Assembly: GCA_964576435.1 (NCBI GenBank)
Contig: CAZNUP010000001.1
Span: 34,345 to 98,344, forward strand
Origin: an uncultured Gammaproteobacteria bacterium
GTDB taxonomy: Bacteria > Patescibacteriota > Microgenomatia > JAMCZE01
Direction: 5' to 3'
Length of the DNA: 64,000 bases
In this document: positions 25,456 through 35,813 of the stretch, piece after piece
Position numbering within the stretch: position 1 is the first letter of the stretch
Layout: the number at the start of each line of letters is the position of its first letter
Made by a program: the position numbers and the translations under genes
The notes under the pieces: generated by a model
Told to the model about the DNA's origin: nothing
Seen by the model: the letters and a program-made list of their open reading frames with translations, nothing else
Database searches by the model: none

Positions 25456-26537
25456 ATATTTATTCTAGCAAACTCGTCAGAAATTTGGGAAAATACTGCA
25501 TTCTCGGAGTAATGTTTTAAAATGCGCTTTCTTGCCCTGATACCCATTCTTTCCGAGAATTTTTTATCGAATATCGCCCTTTTGAGTGCCCTAGGTAGCT
25601 CCTTGCTCAAATTCTTAAGAGGAATAACAATACCAGCTCCGTCCAAAACTTCTCCATGGGAAGCAACATCAGTTGTAATGCAGCACAAACCAGACGACAT
25701 TGCTTCCAGTAACGAAAGCGACATTCCTTCATAAAGCGAGGGTAAAACAAAAACATCCGACCCTCTAATTACATCTATCTTTTTCTGTTCGTCATTTATC
25801 TGTCCTAAAAAAACAACTCTTTTACTACTAAATTTTTTCTTTAGCCCTTCCATCTGATCCCCTTTTCCCATAAATACCAACCTTACCTTTTCATCTGCCA
25901 CTTTCAAAAATGTTTTAACTAAAAGTTCAGGATTTTTAATCCAAGTCAATCGCCCAATGAACAAGACAGTTCTACCATCCCTAAATTTTGATGTCCCTGG
26001 AGAATATTTATTTTCATCAACACCATTAGGGATGACAACTATCTTGGACCTTTTAACCCCTTGTCTAATATAGAAGTCTTTAAGTTCACTACTAAAAACC
26101 TGCAACTTGTCAACACTTTTAGCAACAGGCAAGTAAAATCTAAATGGCAAACTCGTGACAAATGTCATCGTCTTAGTACTTCTACTAATATCAGTATGGC
26201 ATACACCCATCAGAGAAATTCCGAGCTTTTTACAAATTCTAGGTATATACAAATCAAAAACAGAGCTTCCTATGGGCAAATAGACAATGTCTGGTTTGAT
26301 TTCCCTAAGATAATCTTCAATTATCTTTTTAGTTTTAATAGAAGGTAAAAAAATAAACGCATTTTTATCTGCATATATATAAGGAACCCTAGAAAACTCT
26401 TTCGATTCAGGTTCGTTTGAATATCTAATTTCAAATACTTGATCTCCTCTTTTTTCCAAAAAATCCTTTAGTCTTTTAGTAAAAACCCCAATTCCTCCGC
26501 CAGCTGTTTCTTGTTTATTAAATAAGACAATTTTCAT
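25452..26537 (-). CDS. Glycosyltransferase family 1 (GT4-like)
   Basis: C-terminal GT1 EX7E-type region (PSLYEGMSLSLLEAMSSG). 361 aa. Confidence 0.75.
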   Translation of the reverse strand: MKIVLFNKQETAGGGIGVFTKRLKDFLEKRGDQVFEIRYSNEPESKEFSRVPYIYADKNAFIFLPSIKTKKIIEDYLREIKPDIVYLPIGSSVFDLYIPRICKKLGISLMGVCHTDISRSTKTMTFVTSLPFRFYLPVAKSVDKLQVFSSELKDFYIRQGVKRSKIVVIPNGVDENKYSPGTSKFRDGRTVLFIGRLTWIKNPELLVKTFLKVADEKVRLVFMGKGDQMEGLKKKFSSKRVVFLGQINDEQKKIDVIRGSDVFVLPSLYEGMSLSLLEAMSSGLCCITTDVASHGEVLDGAGIVIPLKNLSKELPRALKRAIFDKKFSERMGIRARKRILKHYSENAVFSQISDEFARINI

Positions 26538-26562
26538 AGATTTAGAGGATTTTACACTAGAT

Positions 26563-26868
26563 CTAGCTATAAAGAAGAATTCCCGCTAAAACCAAAAGGA
26601 CAAAAGTACCACTCAGAAGGTTGGCGACAACAATTGGTTTTTCTTTATGCACAAATCCGTAAATTCCCCAGAAAAACGCTCCACACAAATATCCAAACCA
26701 TGTAATTGCTGATACACCTTGTGCGTCATGTTCCGTCCAAATCTTAAGCACCTGAGGTAAAATCGCAAAAGGACCAATGATTGCCCCCACATAAATAAGT
26801 TTTCCCCATTGGCTAACGTGCTTTTTCCCAAGTCTAGCTTTTCTGTAGTGATGAAATCCAATATTCAT
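26563..26868 (-). CDS. SemiSWEET/PQ-loop sugar transporter
   Basis: About 100 aa with 3 TM segments and the PQ motif (AILPQVLKIW). The start is trimmed to MNIGF to avoid overlap with fba. Confidence 0.55.
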   Translation of the reverse strand: MNIGFHHYRKARLGKKHVSQWGKLIYVGAIIGPFAILPQVLKIWTEHDAQGVSAITWFGYLCGAFFWGIYGFVHKEKPIVVANLLSGTFVLLVLAGILLYS

Positions 26869-26869
26869 A

Positions 26870-27748
26870 CTAGACTTTATTTGAAGATCCAAAAACTCTA
26901 ATCTTTTCTTCGACAATTTTTTGCATTGCTAAAATTGCATCGGGCATCACTTTATAAATTGCAACTTCACTTTCACTTGGCCTATTCATAATTTCTTTAA
27001 GTTTTTCAAAAAATGCAATTCGAAGTTCGGAGTTTACATTAACCTTTTGAATCCCAACTCCAATAGCCGCTGACACTTGTTCTGGTGGAATTCCAGACCC
27101 TCCATGAAGTGATAAAAAAGTATCCCCTAGTTTGAGTTTTATAGCACGAAGAAGATCTAAATTAATGTCTTTAGTTCCCGAGTAAAGTCCGTGCACGTTT
27201 CCTATAAAAGATGCAAACGTATCAATCCCAGTTGCAGTCACAAATTCAGAAGCTTTGTCGGGGTTTGTATAATACTCTGGGCTACGAACTGAGTTGATAT
27301 CCTTATTTCTATTATCAGCACTCCCTGCCCCCATCACATTGATATTGTCTATTTCTCCTTCCACTAAAACATCTTTTGCATGGGCGTATTCAACTATGGC
27401 TTTAGTTTGTTTAATGTTTTCTTCTAAAGGAAGCTTGCTTCCATCAAGGTGAACATAATCAAACCCAAAATCAATTGCTTCCTTACATTTGTCAAAGTCA
27501 GGAGCGTGATCAAGATTAAGAAGAATTGGAACCCCATAAGATTGCTCCATTGCCCTTATAACTCCCACAAGTTCTCTAGCTCCAAAGTAAGACACTTCCC
27601 CATGAGAAGCTTCAATCATTACTGGAGAATTCATGTTTCGAGCAGCAGTTACAACTGCTTTTAAGGTCTCAATAGAAGCTGCGTTAAATGCACCAATCGC
27701 AAACTTCTCTTTTTGTGCTCTTAGAAACCAGTTCTTAGCTTTGCCCAT
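26870..27748 (-). CDS. fba: Class II fructose-bisphosphate aldolase
   Basis: Class II aldolase motifs (PVMIEASHG, LNLDHA, HGGSGIP). Confidence 0.85.
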   Translation of the reverse strand: MGKAKNWFLRAQKEKFAIGAFNAASIETLKAVVTAARNMNSPVMIEASHGEVSYFGARELVGVIRAMEQSYGVPILLNLDHAPDFDKCKEAIDFGFDYVHLDGSKLPLEENIKQTKAIVEYAHAKDVLVEGEIDNINVMGAGSADNRNKDINSVRSPEYYTNPDKASEFVTATGIDTFASFIGNVHGLYSGTKDINLDLLRAIKLKLGDTFLSLHGGSGIPPEQVSAAIGVGIQKVNVNSELRIAFFEKLKEIMNRPSESEVAIYKVMPDAILAMQKIVEEKIRVFGSSNKV

Positions 27749-30387
27749 ACCTTAACAGTATAGAACAAAATCAAACCTCCAAGAAGTCCAAATCCAATAA
27801 ACTCCAATATTTGTGGCCAAAAAAGTACATAAACCACCTGTTCATCTCCAGTTAAATCCCAACCATTAGCCCAGTTATTAACTTTAATGTGATTCAAAAT
27901 TTTTCCATTTTGATCCCAGGCTACCCATCCGTTATCAAAAGACTGAGTTACAAGCAAATTTCCTGGTACAATTTTTGAAGAAAAATCTACTTGATACCAA
28001 CTTGGGTTTGGGTGATACACAGCAAAGCCTTGAATTGGTAAGTACGAGACGCGGTTCGCATTTCCTTGTTTTTGGCTAATAAGGCCTGGAAAATCAAATT
28101 CAGAAATTTTTACCTTACCTACGTAGTTGTTGGTCTCGGCTAAAGTAACATCAGGATTGTCAAAGTGTAAAGCATATCCCAACCCATCAGATTCCATGGG
28201 TGGAACAATAAAGCTAGAGGTTTTCTCCCCTTTTGGTAAATAAGTCTCTAAATCAGACTTTCTGCTATTTAAATTTTCGACCCAAAAAGTAAGTGGTAAA
28301 CCATTACTATTTTTAGACTCTACGGAAATAAAATATGCCTTGTCATGCGAAATGTCGGGTAGGTAAATGGTAGCACAATCAATAATGTTATCGACTTTGT
28401 TAGAACATTCCTTATTAACAATAAAGGTTCTCCCATTTTTTGTTGGAATTGAATTTGTTTCAAATTCTATATCTTCCTGTCGCTTGCCAGTAAATAATGT
28501 TCTATAAGAATAATTAACGTCAGACCCTTCCTGATAATCTCCAAAGTCCTGAAATGCTTGGTCTAAATTTCCCCATTTATAAGAAGAAACTCTAGGTAAG
28601 CTACTAGTTATTGAAACAAATTTATTAGTTGGTCTATCTAAATTAACTGAGTAAACTTTTAATTTCCCGGACTGAAACACAAGATCAAATTTGCTGGACG
28701 ATCCAATAATTTCTGTTAGTTCTTCATTAAAAAGCGACTTAGAGGAACCTGGATTAACAACGTTTTCGTCTATCAATATCGAGCTGACCCGATATTTTTC
28801 AAGTGTGTTTTCAAATAAAGTCAGATTTTTGGAATAAAGTGCATATGAAATTTCCCAATAATAATTTTCATCCTCTCTGCTCCAGGTATCAAACGCCCTA
28901 TCCAGAATAGGCTGCTCTATTCCAAACCAGATAAACCCAGCTCCTCGGTAACCAAAACTATATCCTCGCCATCCCCAAAAATCGTATTGCGGAAAATTAG
29001 CAATTCTTCCAGTACTATAATCGGATAAAAAACTAAATAAAGACTTATATTCTTGCGGAAAATTAACAGATAAAGGTTTATAAAAAAGTCCTCCCATTAA
29101 AATAGGGAGAACTGAGAAAATAGATACAAGGCAAATAGCAACTGGTACTCCAATACCAAAAGATTTTCTTTTTAAAAATTTATCAATCCATTCCCCAACC
29201 CACATACTTCCTAATGACAAAAGAATTGAAAAACTAAATACATAAACCGTAGAAAACTTTGTGAAAGGCATTCTTAAAACCTGTGAGACCAGGGGAAGCT
29301 TATAAAATAATGTGTCGACCCAACTAAAAGGTGGGTCGCTATTAGCTAAAAGGGTTAACGAAACAAGAAAAATAATGACTGTGGAAACATATATATCTCT
29401 TTTCTTGACTAAACAACCGACTACTCCAAAAATTGTCACTAAAAACATTAGACTAAGTCCAATTTTGACTAAGGGATTGTTAACAAAATTTTTATATGAA
29501 AAAAATATGTTTTCTCCAGATTTTATAGGTAAAAAATCTTTTGAAGCAGTTGTGAAGCTTTTAAGTAAAACTACGTCACTAAGATGGCCAAATTGTTTAT
29601 TTTCTAAAAACGACCTTTCAGTTGATATTTGGTTACCTTTAGACTCAACAGGGGCTAAAATATTTGTTGCACTAAAATATCCAAAAGGTAGTATCCAAAA
29701 TGCATTAACAAGGAGGGTGATAACTAAAATCACCAATGCTTTCTTTAAATTTGAAAATGCCAAAAATACAATGAGACAAAATAGGTAGACCAAAAAAACC
29801 GTGGGAACAAAAGCTTGTGGTATCGCCAAAATATTAATAAATACAAACACTGCCAAGTTTCGATTACTCCAATGCCCTACTAATTTCCTTGCAAACAAAA
29901 TTAACCAGGGTAAAAAGGCAAATTGAAAAGCAAACGGCTCAAATGGCAAATAAAACATTTGGGCCATATAAAGGTTAAAGAAATAGTAAATCGCAGCGAC
30001 AAATCCACCAAGTTGTGATTGAAAATCAGGCCTTCCTTTAAAAAATTGCTCACGCAATAAATAATAAACTCCGAACATACCGACTAAAATTGTCAGGAAA
30101 AAACTCATTTGTCTAAGAATTTGCTCGGGGAAAATTACTGAAAGTAAAAATGTGAACAGTTCTCGTGGCATATCAGCAGCATGGCCCATACCAGCAACCA
30201 AACCAAGCCCCCTATATTCCTGCCAAACAGAAAAAAATGACCTAGTTAAAGCTAGCGGAAAGTTAAATTCCGGATGAAGGTTGTCCCACCCAGATAAAAA
30301 AGAATTTGGATTGATGTTTTGAAAAAAAACAACAGTCCAAATGAAAACAAGTATAAAAGCTCCCCACTTCTTCTTAAAACTAAACAT
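27721..30387 (-). CDS. Large polytopic membrane protein, putative GT-C-fold glycosyltransferase (YfhO/PMT-like)
   Basis: 888 aa with more than 12 TM segments followed by a large extracytoplasmic C-terminal domain. It lies adjacent to a polyprenyl-phosphate-sugar-synthase-like GT2, as in CsbB-YfhO or ArnC-ArnT pairs. Confidence 0.5.
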   Translation of the reverse strand: MFSFKKKWGAFILVFIWTVVFFQNINPNSFLSGWDNLHPEFNFPLALTRSFFSVWQEYRGLGLVAGMGHAADMPRELFTFLLSVIFPEQILRQMSFFLTILVGMFGVYYLLREQFFKGRPDFQSQLGGFVAAIYYFFNLYMAQMFYLPFEPFAFQFAFLPWLILFARKLVGHWSNRNLAVFVFINILAIPQAFVPTVFLVYLFCLIVFLAFSNLKKALVILVITLLVNAFWILPFGYFSATNILAPVESKGNQISTERSFLENKQFGHLSDVVLLKSFTTASKDFLPIKSGENIFFSYKNFVNNPLVKIGLSLMFLVTIFGVVGCLVKKRDIYVSTVIIFLVSLTLLANSDPPFSWVDTLFYKLPLVSQVLRMPFTKFSTVYVFSFSILLSLGSMWVGEWIDKFLKRKSFGIGVPVAICLVSIFSVLPILMGGLFYKPLSVNFPQEYKSLFSFLSDYSTGRIANFPQYDFWGWRGYSFGYRGAGFIWFGIEQPILDRAFDTWSREDENYYWEISYALYSKNLTLFENTLEKYRVSSILIDENVVNPGSSKSLFNEELTEIIGSSSKFDLVFQSGKLKVYSVNLDRPTNKFVSITSSLPRVSSYKWGNLDQAFQDFGDYQEGSDVNYSYRTLFTGKRQEDIEFETNSIPTKNGRTFIVNKECSNKVDNIIDCATIYLPDISHDKAYFISVESKNSNGLPLTFWVENLNSRKSDLETYLPKGEKTSSFIVPPMESDGLGYALHFDNPDVTLAETNNYVGKVKISEFDFPGLISQKQGNANRVSYLPIQGFAVYHPNPSWYQVDFSSKIVPGNLLVTQSFDNGWVAWDQNGKILNHIKVNNWANGWDLTGDEQVVYVLFWPQILEFIGFGLLGGLILFYTVKVWAKLRTGF

Positions 30388-31231
30388 TCAAAAATCTAGA
30401 CTTTCCGGAAAATCCCAATGTCGATAATTTCCTAAAAAGGCTATAACCATATATTATTTTCCCTCGTGGCACTGTAGTTAAAGTAAGTCTAGAAACGTTT
30501 TGCAAAAAACGACTTTTCAAATTTGGTTTATAACCATATTCCTTAACTGCTCTTCTTCTGACAGTCAGTGCATCTTCAAAATTCTTCTTCGGATCATTAA
30601 ATGTCGCACTATCTCTCCTAATTCGATAGTTCATCAAAAATTCTGGAATGTTCTCGAACTTTCCAAATTTAAATAATCGGAAATACAAATCCAGGTCTTC
30701 AACCAAACACTTTTCTCTATACCAACTAAAGTCTTTATCAATTAGTGACCTATTAATCATAATTGAGGGTGTCTGCACTCCATTAACATAATTCATCATT
30801 TGGTAAATGTGGCCATGTTTTGTTGGTAATTTCCTTTCTCCTATATTTTTCCCCGACAAATCTATTTCTCTGACCCAAGAGCCCACAACCACTACGTCAT
30901 TATTTTTCTCCAAAAATTCTTTTTGTTTTTTTAGTCTACTGTTATCCATAACATCGTCCGAGTCCATTCTAGCCAAGTATTTCCCCGAACTTCTTCTTAT
31001 AGCCTCGTTCAAAACACCAGACATTCCCGAATGTTTAATTTTAAAAATTTTTATTCGAGAATCTTTTTTGGCAAAATCAGCAAGTATTTGAAGACTATTG
31101 TCAGAAGACCCATCATCAACAGCAATTAGCTCAAAATATCTATACGTTTGACTTAAGGTACTTGAGATTGCTTCCTTAAGATATTTTTCTGAATTATATA
31201 CAGGAAGTAAAACTGAAATAGGCAGATTCAT
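30380..31231 (-). CDS. Glycosyltransferase family 2
   Basis: ISVLLPVYNSEKYL...IAVDDGSSDNS, the GT2 DxD region. Confidence 0.8.
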   Translation of the reverse strand: MNLPISVLLPVYNSEKYLKEAISSTLSQTYRYFELIAVDDGSSDNSLQILADFAKKDSRIKIFKIKHSGMSGVLNEAIRRSSGKYLARMDSDDVMDNSRLKKQKEFLEKNNDVVVVGSWVREIDLSGKNIGERKLPTKHGHIYQMMNYVNGVQTPSIMINRSLIDKDFSWYREKCLVEDLDLYFRLFKFGKFENIPEFLMNYRIRRDSATFNDPKKNFEDALTVRRRAVKEYGYKPNLKSRFLQNVSRLTLTTVPRGKIIYGYSLFRKLSTLGFSGKSRFLNV

Positions 31232-31235
31232 GATG

Positions 31236-32021
31236 TTAATAGATTGTAACTAAAGGAACTTGCGACGTATTAAAAGTATTTGAACTACCTTCTTCCTTAA
31301 GTGAGTTAGTTCTGATATTAATCATGTCTCTTATTGCAAATAAAATATCTCTCACCGCATTGACCTTACTTCCATCTCGAACACAAGACCAAGTAACTGG
31401 TAGCTCCACCACTTCATATCCAAGTTTTTTTGCCATATAAATAATTTCCATATCAAACCCCCACCTTTCAATTCTTGTTTGAACAACAACATCTGATATT
31501 AATTTTCTTGAGAAAACTTTAAAACCTCCCTGAAAATCCCAAAAAAACACTCCCAAAATAAAAGATGCTAAAAATGAATGTCCAACACTAATTACTCTTC
31601 TTAAAGGACCACTATGGTGTAAACAAACCGAACTTGGCATCTTCTTACTCCCAACAATTAAATCTATTCCTTTTTCTAAATATGGAGAGAACTTAATTAA
31701 ATTCTCAAGCGGAATTGACATATCACCGTCTAAATAAAGCCCATAGTCGCTCGTAACGAGTTTAAGTCCTTCTCGAACAGCAGATCCTCTCCCCACATTT
31801 GACATATAAGAAACTACCTTCAATTTATATTTTTTCTTTAAAGGAGAGGTTTTAATCCATTTTTTTAATATAGGAAGTGTTGAATCCGTACTTCCATCAT
31901 CAACAAAAATTATTGACTCCAATATAAAATCTTTAGGCTTAAACCCTTCTAAATAAGAGAGTGTTTTTCCAATCCTCAAACTTTCATTAAATACTGGGAT
32001 AACTAAAGAAACAGTTCTCAT
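31236..32021 (-). CDS. Glycosyltransferase family 2 (polyprenyl-phosphate sugar synthase / DPM-synthase-like)
   Basis: VSLVIPVFNE...FVDDGSTDST and a C-terminal TM segment. Confidence 0.8.
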   Translation of the reverse strand: MRTVSLVIPVFNESLRIGKTLSYLEGFKPKDFILESIIFVDDGSTDSTLPILKKWIKTSPLKKKYKLKVVSYMSNVGRGSAVREGLKLVTSDYGLYLDGDMSIPLENLIKFSPYLEKGIDLIVGSKKMPSSVCLHHSGPLRRVISVGHSFLASFILGVFFWDFQGGFKVFSRKLISDVVVQTRIERWGFDMEIIYMAKKLGYEVVELPVTWSCVRDGSKVNAVRDILFAIRDMINIRTNSLKEEGSSNTFNTSQVPLVTIY

Positions 32022-32098
32022 ATATTAAAACCAACAAAAGTTGGGGCGGTAGAAAAGATAGCAACATCTATCTCACTACCGTCTCCCAACTTTTATAT

Positions 32099-32953
32099 TT
32101 ATTGACATCGCTCCGCCATAGTCTGGTGTCCTATACCTAAAGCCATGTAATAGCTGTCAACGGAAATGGTTGCGCCCCAAACACGAGCCGATCCACCACC
32201 CGGGATAACTGGAAGACCTGCCCCCACATCTTTTGGTGACAAATTACCTCTTCCTGAAGCATTAATTATTTCAATCTCCTCAAGTTTTAGACCACAAGCC
32301 TCACGCAGGCTCGCGTTAGCTAATTGTGCAGGCTGAGCAACTGGACCTGGGTTTCTTAAATTATATGCTCTCGTTATCTTCTCAGCATTGTCTCTTAATG
32401 GAGGCAATTCCACAGCATAAATATTTCCAGTATCTTTATTTCTTTGGAAACCTCCGATTCTTGATCGAACTTCCTCCAAAGTAAAATCTCCAGGCTGAAT
32501 CGGTTCAGCTACGTATATGTCCATAATAAAATCAGTTATGACCTCCTGGTCCGCAGTCTGTGGCCAATTAGGAACTATTCCATATTCAGTACTAGTAACA
32601 GGCCATTCTCTTCCAGAACGCGATATTATTACAGACTCAGTTGGGCTAACCGGTACTCCTTGTTCTGCACCAGTAAAAGCTTGAGTCGCACCTTGTGAAT
32701 TAGTAAGGTTTGCAATTGCAGTTGCTTGTGTATTAATAAGCTTGTCTTGAGTAGCCACAAGAGTCTCTGCAGCTTGCGCCTTTTTAAGGGCTGCATCGAG
32801 AAGTGCTTGTTGAGTTTGTGCTTCACTTGAAGAAGGTTGTCCTAAGCACGCATTAAGGGCTATTGCTGCACCACCCGTGCCTAAAAGTGTTAAAACGGCT
32901 CTTCGTGATAGTACTGGTTGTTCACTTTTTGATTGATTTTCTTTTTGTGCCAT
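32099..32953 (-). CDS. Secreted hypothetical protein with a twin-arginine-like signal
   Basis: The N-terminus SRRAVLTLLGTGGAAIALNA resembles a Tat signal (S-R-R-x-hydrophobic). Confidence 0.45.
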   Translation of the reverse strand: MAQKENQSKSEQPVLSRRAVLTLLGTGGAAIALNACLGQPSSSEAQTQQALLDAALKKAQAAETLVATQDKLINTQATAIANLTNSQGATQAFTGAEQGVPVSPTESVIISRSGREWPVTSTEYGIVPNWPQTADQEVITDFIMDIYVAEPIQPGDFTLEEVRSRIGGFQRNKDTGNIYAVELPPLRDNAEKITRAYNLRNPGPVAQPAQLANASLREACGLKLEEIEIINASGRGNLSPKDVGAGLPVIPGGGSARVWGATISVDSYYMALGIGHQTMAERCQ

Positions 32954-32967
32954 ATTTCACCCCCTCC

Positions 32968-33612
32968 TTAAATTCTTTTCTTTGCTTTTAACTTTATATA
33001 AACTCCCATTGCTCCAATTGCGGGCAAAGCTCCAAGAAAAACCATTTCTGGTCCTGTCTTTGGAATATGTTTAACAGGAGTAACTTTTACAATTCTAGTT
33101 TGAATACACACCTGTGCAGTATCTTTGTCACTGCTATTATTTGAACTTGCTCCTGCAGTATTAACAAAACAACTATTCGTTGGTAATTGAGTTTTTGAAA
33201 CAACTCTTGCTCGAATCTCTCTCTCATCAACTGCCCCTGGTGTTAAGTTATAAATTGTATAGTTCAAACTTCCACCAGAAAGATAAAGGTAACTTGGTAA
33301 CGTATCCCATACGTTAACTGTAGATAACGTCTCATCACCAACATTTTTTACCTTAATCTTGAAGACAACTTCTTCTCCCGAAACGAAGATATGATCTGAA
33401 GTCCCCATATTGTCTACAAAAGAATTAACCTGAGCATTCCAAACTTTTTTATCAACTTGGACTTCTCCAGTTCTTGTGCAAATTTGTCCCCCACCATATT
33501 GATTCTCGCATCTAACCGAAGCTAGAACTGGTTGAATGGAAAAAAAGTGAAGACAAAAAATAAAAACTAAGAAACTAAAAGAAGCAATTAAGGTTTTTTT
33601 CATTGCTGACAC
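32968..33612 (-). CDS. Cell-surface protein with a sortase-type C-terminal sorting signal (IPKTG + TM + KAKKRI)
   Basis: Signal peptide at the N-terminus. At the C-terminus, IPKTGPE is followed by a hydrophobic segment and a basic tail. Confidence 0.5.
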   Translation of the reverse strand: MSAMKKTLIASFSFLVFIFCLHFFSIQPVLASVRCENQYGGGQICTRTGEVQVDKKVWNAQVNSFVDNMGTSDHIFVSGEEVVFKIKVKNVGDETLSTVNVWDTLPSYLYLSGGSLNYTIYNLTPGAVDEREIRARVVSKTQLPTNSCFVNTAGASSNNSSDKDTAQVCIQTRIVKVTPVKHIPKTGPEMVFLGALPAIGAMGVYIKLKAKKRI

Positions 33613-33673
33613 TTTTGGGCAGTGGCAGATATCAATAGGCCAATTATAAATTCCATGGCCAATTTGTCAACCT

Positions 33674-34639
33674 CTAGATCTCGCTTGGAGAAAAATGAGA
33701 ATTCTCTTTTGTCAATTTTTCTATCGCTTCGAAATTTAACAGTCCACTTTGCGCACCAATTTTAGAAACGACTGATGAAGCATTAAATGTCCCCCAAGTC
33801 ATTGCAGTAGAAACCGGTAATTCTTTCATAATTGCCCCCATAAACCCTGAAGCATAAGCATCTCCCGCTCCCGTTGCCGAAACCACTTTATTTCCAAGAA
33901 TTCCCAAATGCAAATATCTATTCCCATCATATACGTATGATCCTTGATGACCATCAGTAATAGCTACAATTCTAGGCCCTAATTCATATATATTAGATAG
34001 TAGGTTTTTAATATTTCCCTCACCAACCATCTTCTTGGCCTCTTCTAAGTTTGCAAACAAAATTGAGCATTCCTGGACTAAAGGCAAATAGCTTTCAAGG
34101 GGAGAGTTAAGTTGTGCATTATTTGGAGTAAATCCAAGTCTAATATTTTTTTCTTTAATGTGAGTTGCAAGTGCTCCCAAAAAATCTTCATAGTGGTGTC
34201 CAACAGACGAAACATACATCCACTTAGTTTGTGGCACATCATGGGGCATGTGATATTGATGTGGAACATTATATTCAAGAATTGTTCTCTCTGATTTAAA
34301 GTTAATAATTGTTGAATATCGGCTAGAAGTATTTTCCTGTCTAATAACTAGTGACCTATCAACTCCTTCCTGGTCTAAAACTTGATCAATAACCCTGCCA
34401 TTTTCATCATCCCCGTGGACACTAAAAAGCGACGTTTTAAATCCAAGTCTTGAAAGGCCGACCGCGTTATTAATTGCGTTTCCCCCAATACTCCTATCTA
34501 ACCTATCCACTGGAATTTTCTCCCCATATCTAAGACATATCTCGCATTCTTTATCATCTTTTTTACAAAGAACGTTAGCATCATGGACAGTTAAAAAAAC
34601 ATCCATTACAGCATCCCCTATAGAAACACAGTCAAACAT
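33674..34639 (-). CDS. pfkB-family carbohydrate kinase (ribokinase-like)
   Basis: N-terminal GG motif (SIGGNAINNA) and C-terminal GAGDAYASGF. Confidence 0.8.
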   Translation of the reverse strand: MFDCVSIGDAVMDVFLTVHDANVLCKKDDKECEICLRYGEKIPVDRLDRSIGGNAINNAVGLSRLGFKTSLFSVHGDDENGRVIDQVLDQEGVDRSLVIRQENTSSRYSTIINFKSERTILEYNVPHQYHMPHDVPQTKWMYVSSVGHHYEDFLGALATHIKEKNIRLGFTPNNAQLNSPLESYLPLVQECSILFANLEEAKKMVGEGNIKNLLSNIYELGPRIVAITDGHQGSYVYDGNRYLHLGILGNKVVSATGAGDAYASGFMGAIMKELPVSTAMTWGTFNASSVVSKIGAQSGLLNFEAIEKLTKENSHFSPSEI

Positions 34640-34654
34640 ACTTCAAAAGTTATC

Positions 34655-35611
34655 TTAAACTCCCGACTTTCTTATTAAAACTTTTTTTATAGCTTCCTTA
34701 ATTGAAGCATTTCCCATTCCATATTTATCAATAAGTTCCGAAGGTGTTCCACTTTCTCCAAAAGTATTAGGCATCCCAACGGCTTCAACCGGTGTTGGAC
34801 AATTTTGAGCTAAAGCCTCAGCAATGCTTCCTTGAAGTCCTCCAATAATTTGATGCTCCTCAACGGTAACTGCCGCTCCTGTTTTTCGAACCGATGCAAC
34901 AATTGTTGGAATATCAAGTGGCTTAAGTGTAGAAATATTAACTACCTCAGCGTCAAAATCCTCAGCCACTTCCAAACATTTATAAAGAAGTGGCCCCGTC
35001 CCAAAAATTGTCACTCTAGATCCATTTCTTAAAACTTGTGCTTTCCCTATTTCAAATGGTGTTTCAGGATTTGTAAAAACAGGCGTATTTTCTCTTCCAA
35101 ACCTTATATAAACTGGACCTTCCCACAAAGCCGCCGCCTTAACCGCTTTAAATGTTTCCAAGTAGTCACACGGTGAAATAACTATAATGTTTGGTACCAC
35201 CCTAACGCTTGCTAAATCCTCTAAAGCCTGGTGCGTTGCCCCATCAGCACCGACTGAAATCCCGGCATGTGCTCCCATAATTTTAACGTTAGTATTAGAG
35301 TATCCAACAGAAACTCTCATCTGATCCCAACTTCTACCAGGAGAAAATGTTGCATACGAAGCGATGAATGGAATTTTCCCGACTAAAGCCATTCCAGCCG
35401 CAAGTCCCATCATGTTTTGCTCAGCAACGCCGACTTCCACAAATCTTTCAGGATACGCCTTAGCAAATTTTTCAACTCGAGTAGACTCAGTTAAATCAGC
35501 ACAAAGGGCCACCACATCTTTGTTAGATGCTCCAAGTTCCAAAAGTGCATCCCCGAATCCATCACGACACCACTTCATTTCTTTAGACGGAAAAACTAAG
35601 TTATTTTGCAT
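34655..35611 (-). CDS. Transketolase, C-terminal (pyrimidine-binding) subunit
   Basis: VEVGVAEQNMMGLAAGMALVGKIPF and the C-terminal domain. 318 aa. Confidence 0.85.
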   Translation of the reverse strand: MQNNLVFPSKEMKWCRDGFGDALLELGASNKDVVALCADLTESTRVEKFAKAYPERFVEVGVAEQNMMGLAAGMALVGKIPFIASYATFSPGRSWDQMRVSVGYSNTNVKIMGAHAGISVGADGATHQALEDLASVRVVPNIIVISPCDYLETFKAVKAAALWEGPVYIRFGRENTPVFTNPETPFEIGKAQVLRNGSRVTIFGTGPLLYKCLEVAEDFDAEVVNISTLKPLDIPTIVASVRKTGAAVTVEEHQIIGGLQGSIAEALAQNCPTPVEAVGMPNTFGESGTPSELIDKYGMGNASIKEAIKKVLIRKSGV

Positions 35612-35810
35612 AATTTTCTAAATATCCACATTTTTCACAACGATAGGACTTAATATCAACAGCATTTTCTAACGTCGCTCCATGCCAAGCTATTTTTTTA
35701 GCCCACTGTGCCAACTCCTTGAGTGAAGCCTCACCTCTATCGGCAATAATCCCCATCTCAAAATTTCCTCCACACTTGGGGCATTTATCATCATCTTTCA
35801 TTTGTATCAC
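35601..35810 (-). CDS. Small zinc-ribbon protein (two CxxC pairs) encoded between the two transketolase halves
   Basis: CPKCGG...CEKCGY, 69 aa. A 3-nt gap separates it from tkt-N and an 11-nt overlap joins it to tkt-C. Confidence 0.45.
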   Translation of the reverse strand: MIQMKDDDKCPKCGGNFEMGIIADRGEASLKELAQWAKKIAWHGATLENAVDIKSYRCEKCGYLENYAK

Positions 35811-35813
35811 CTC

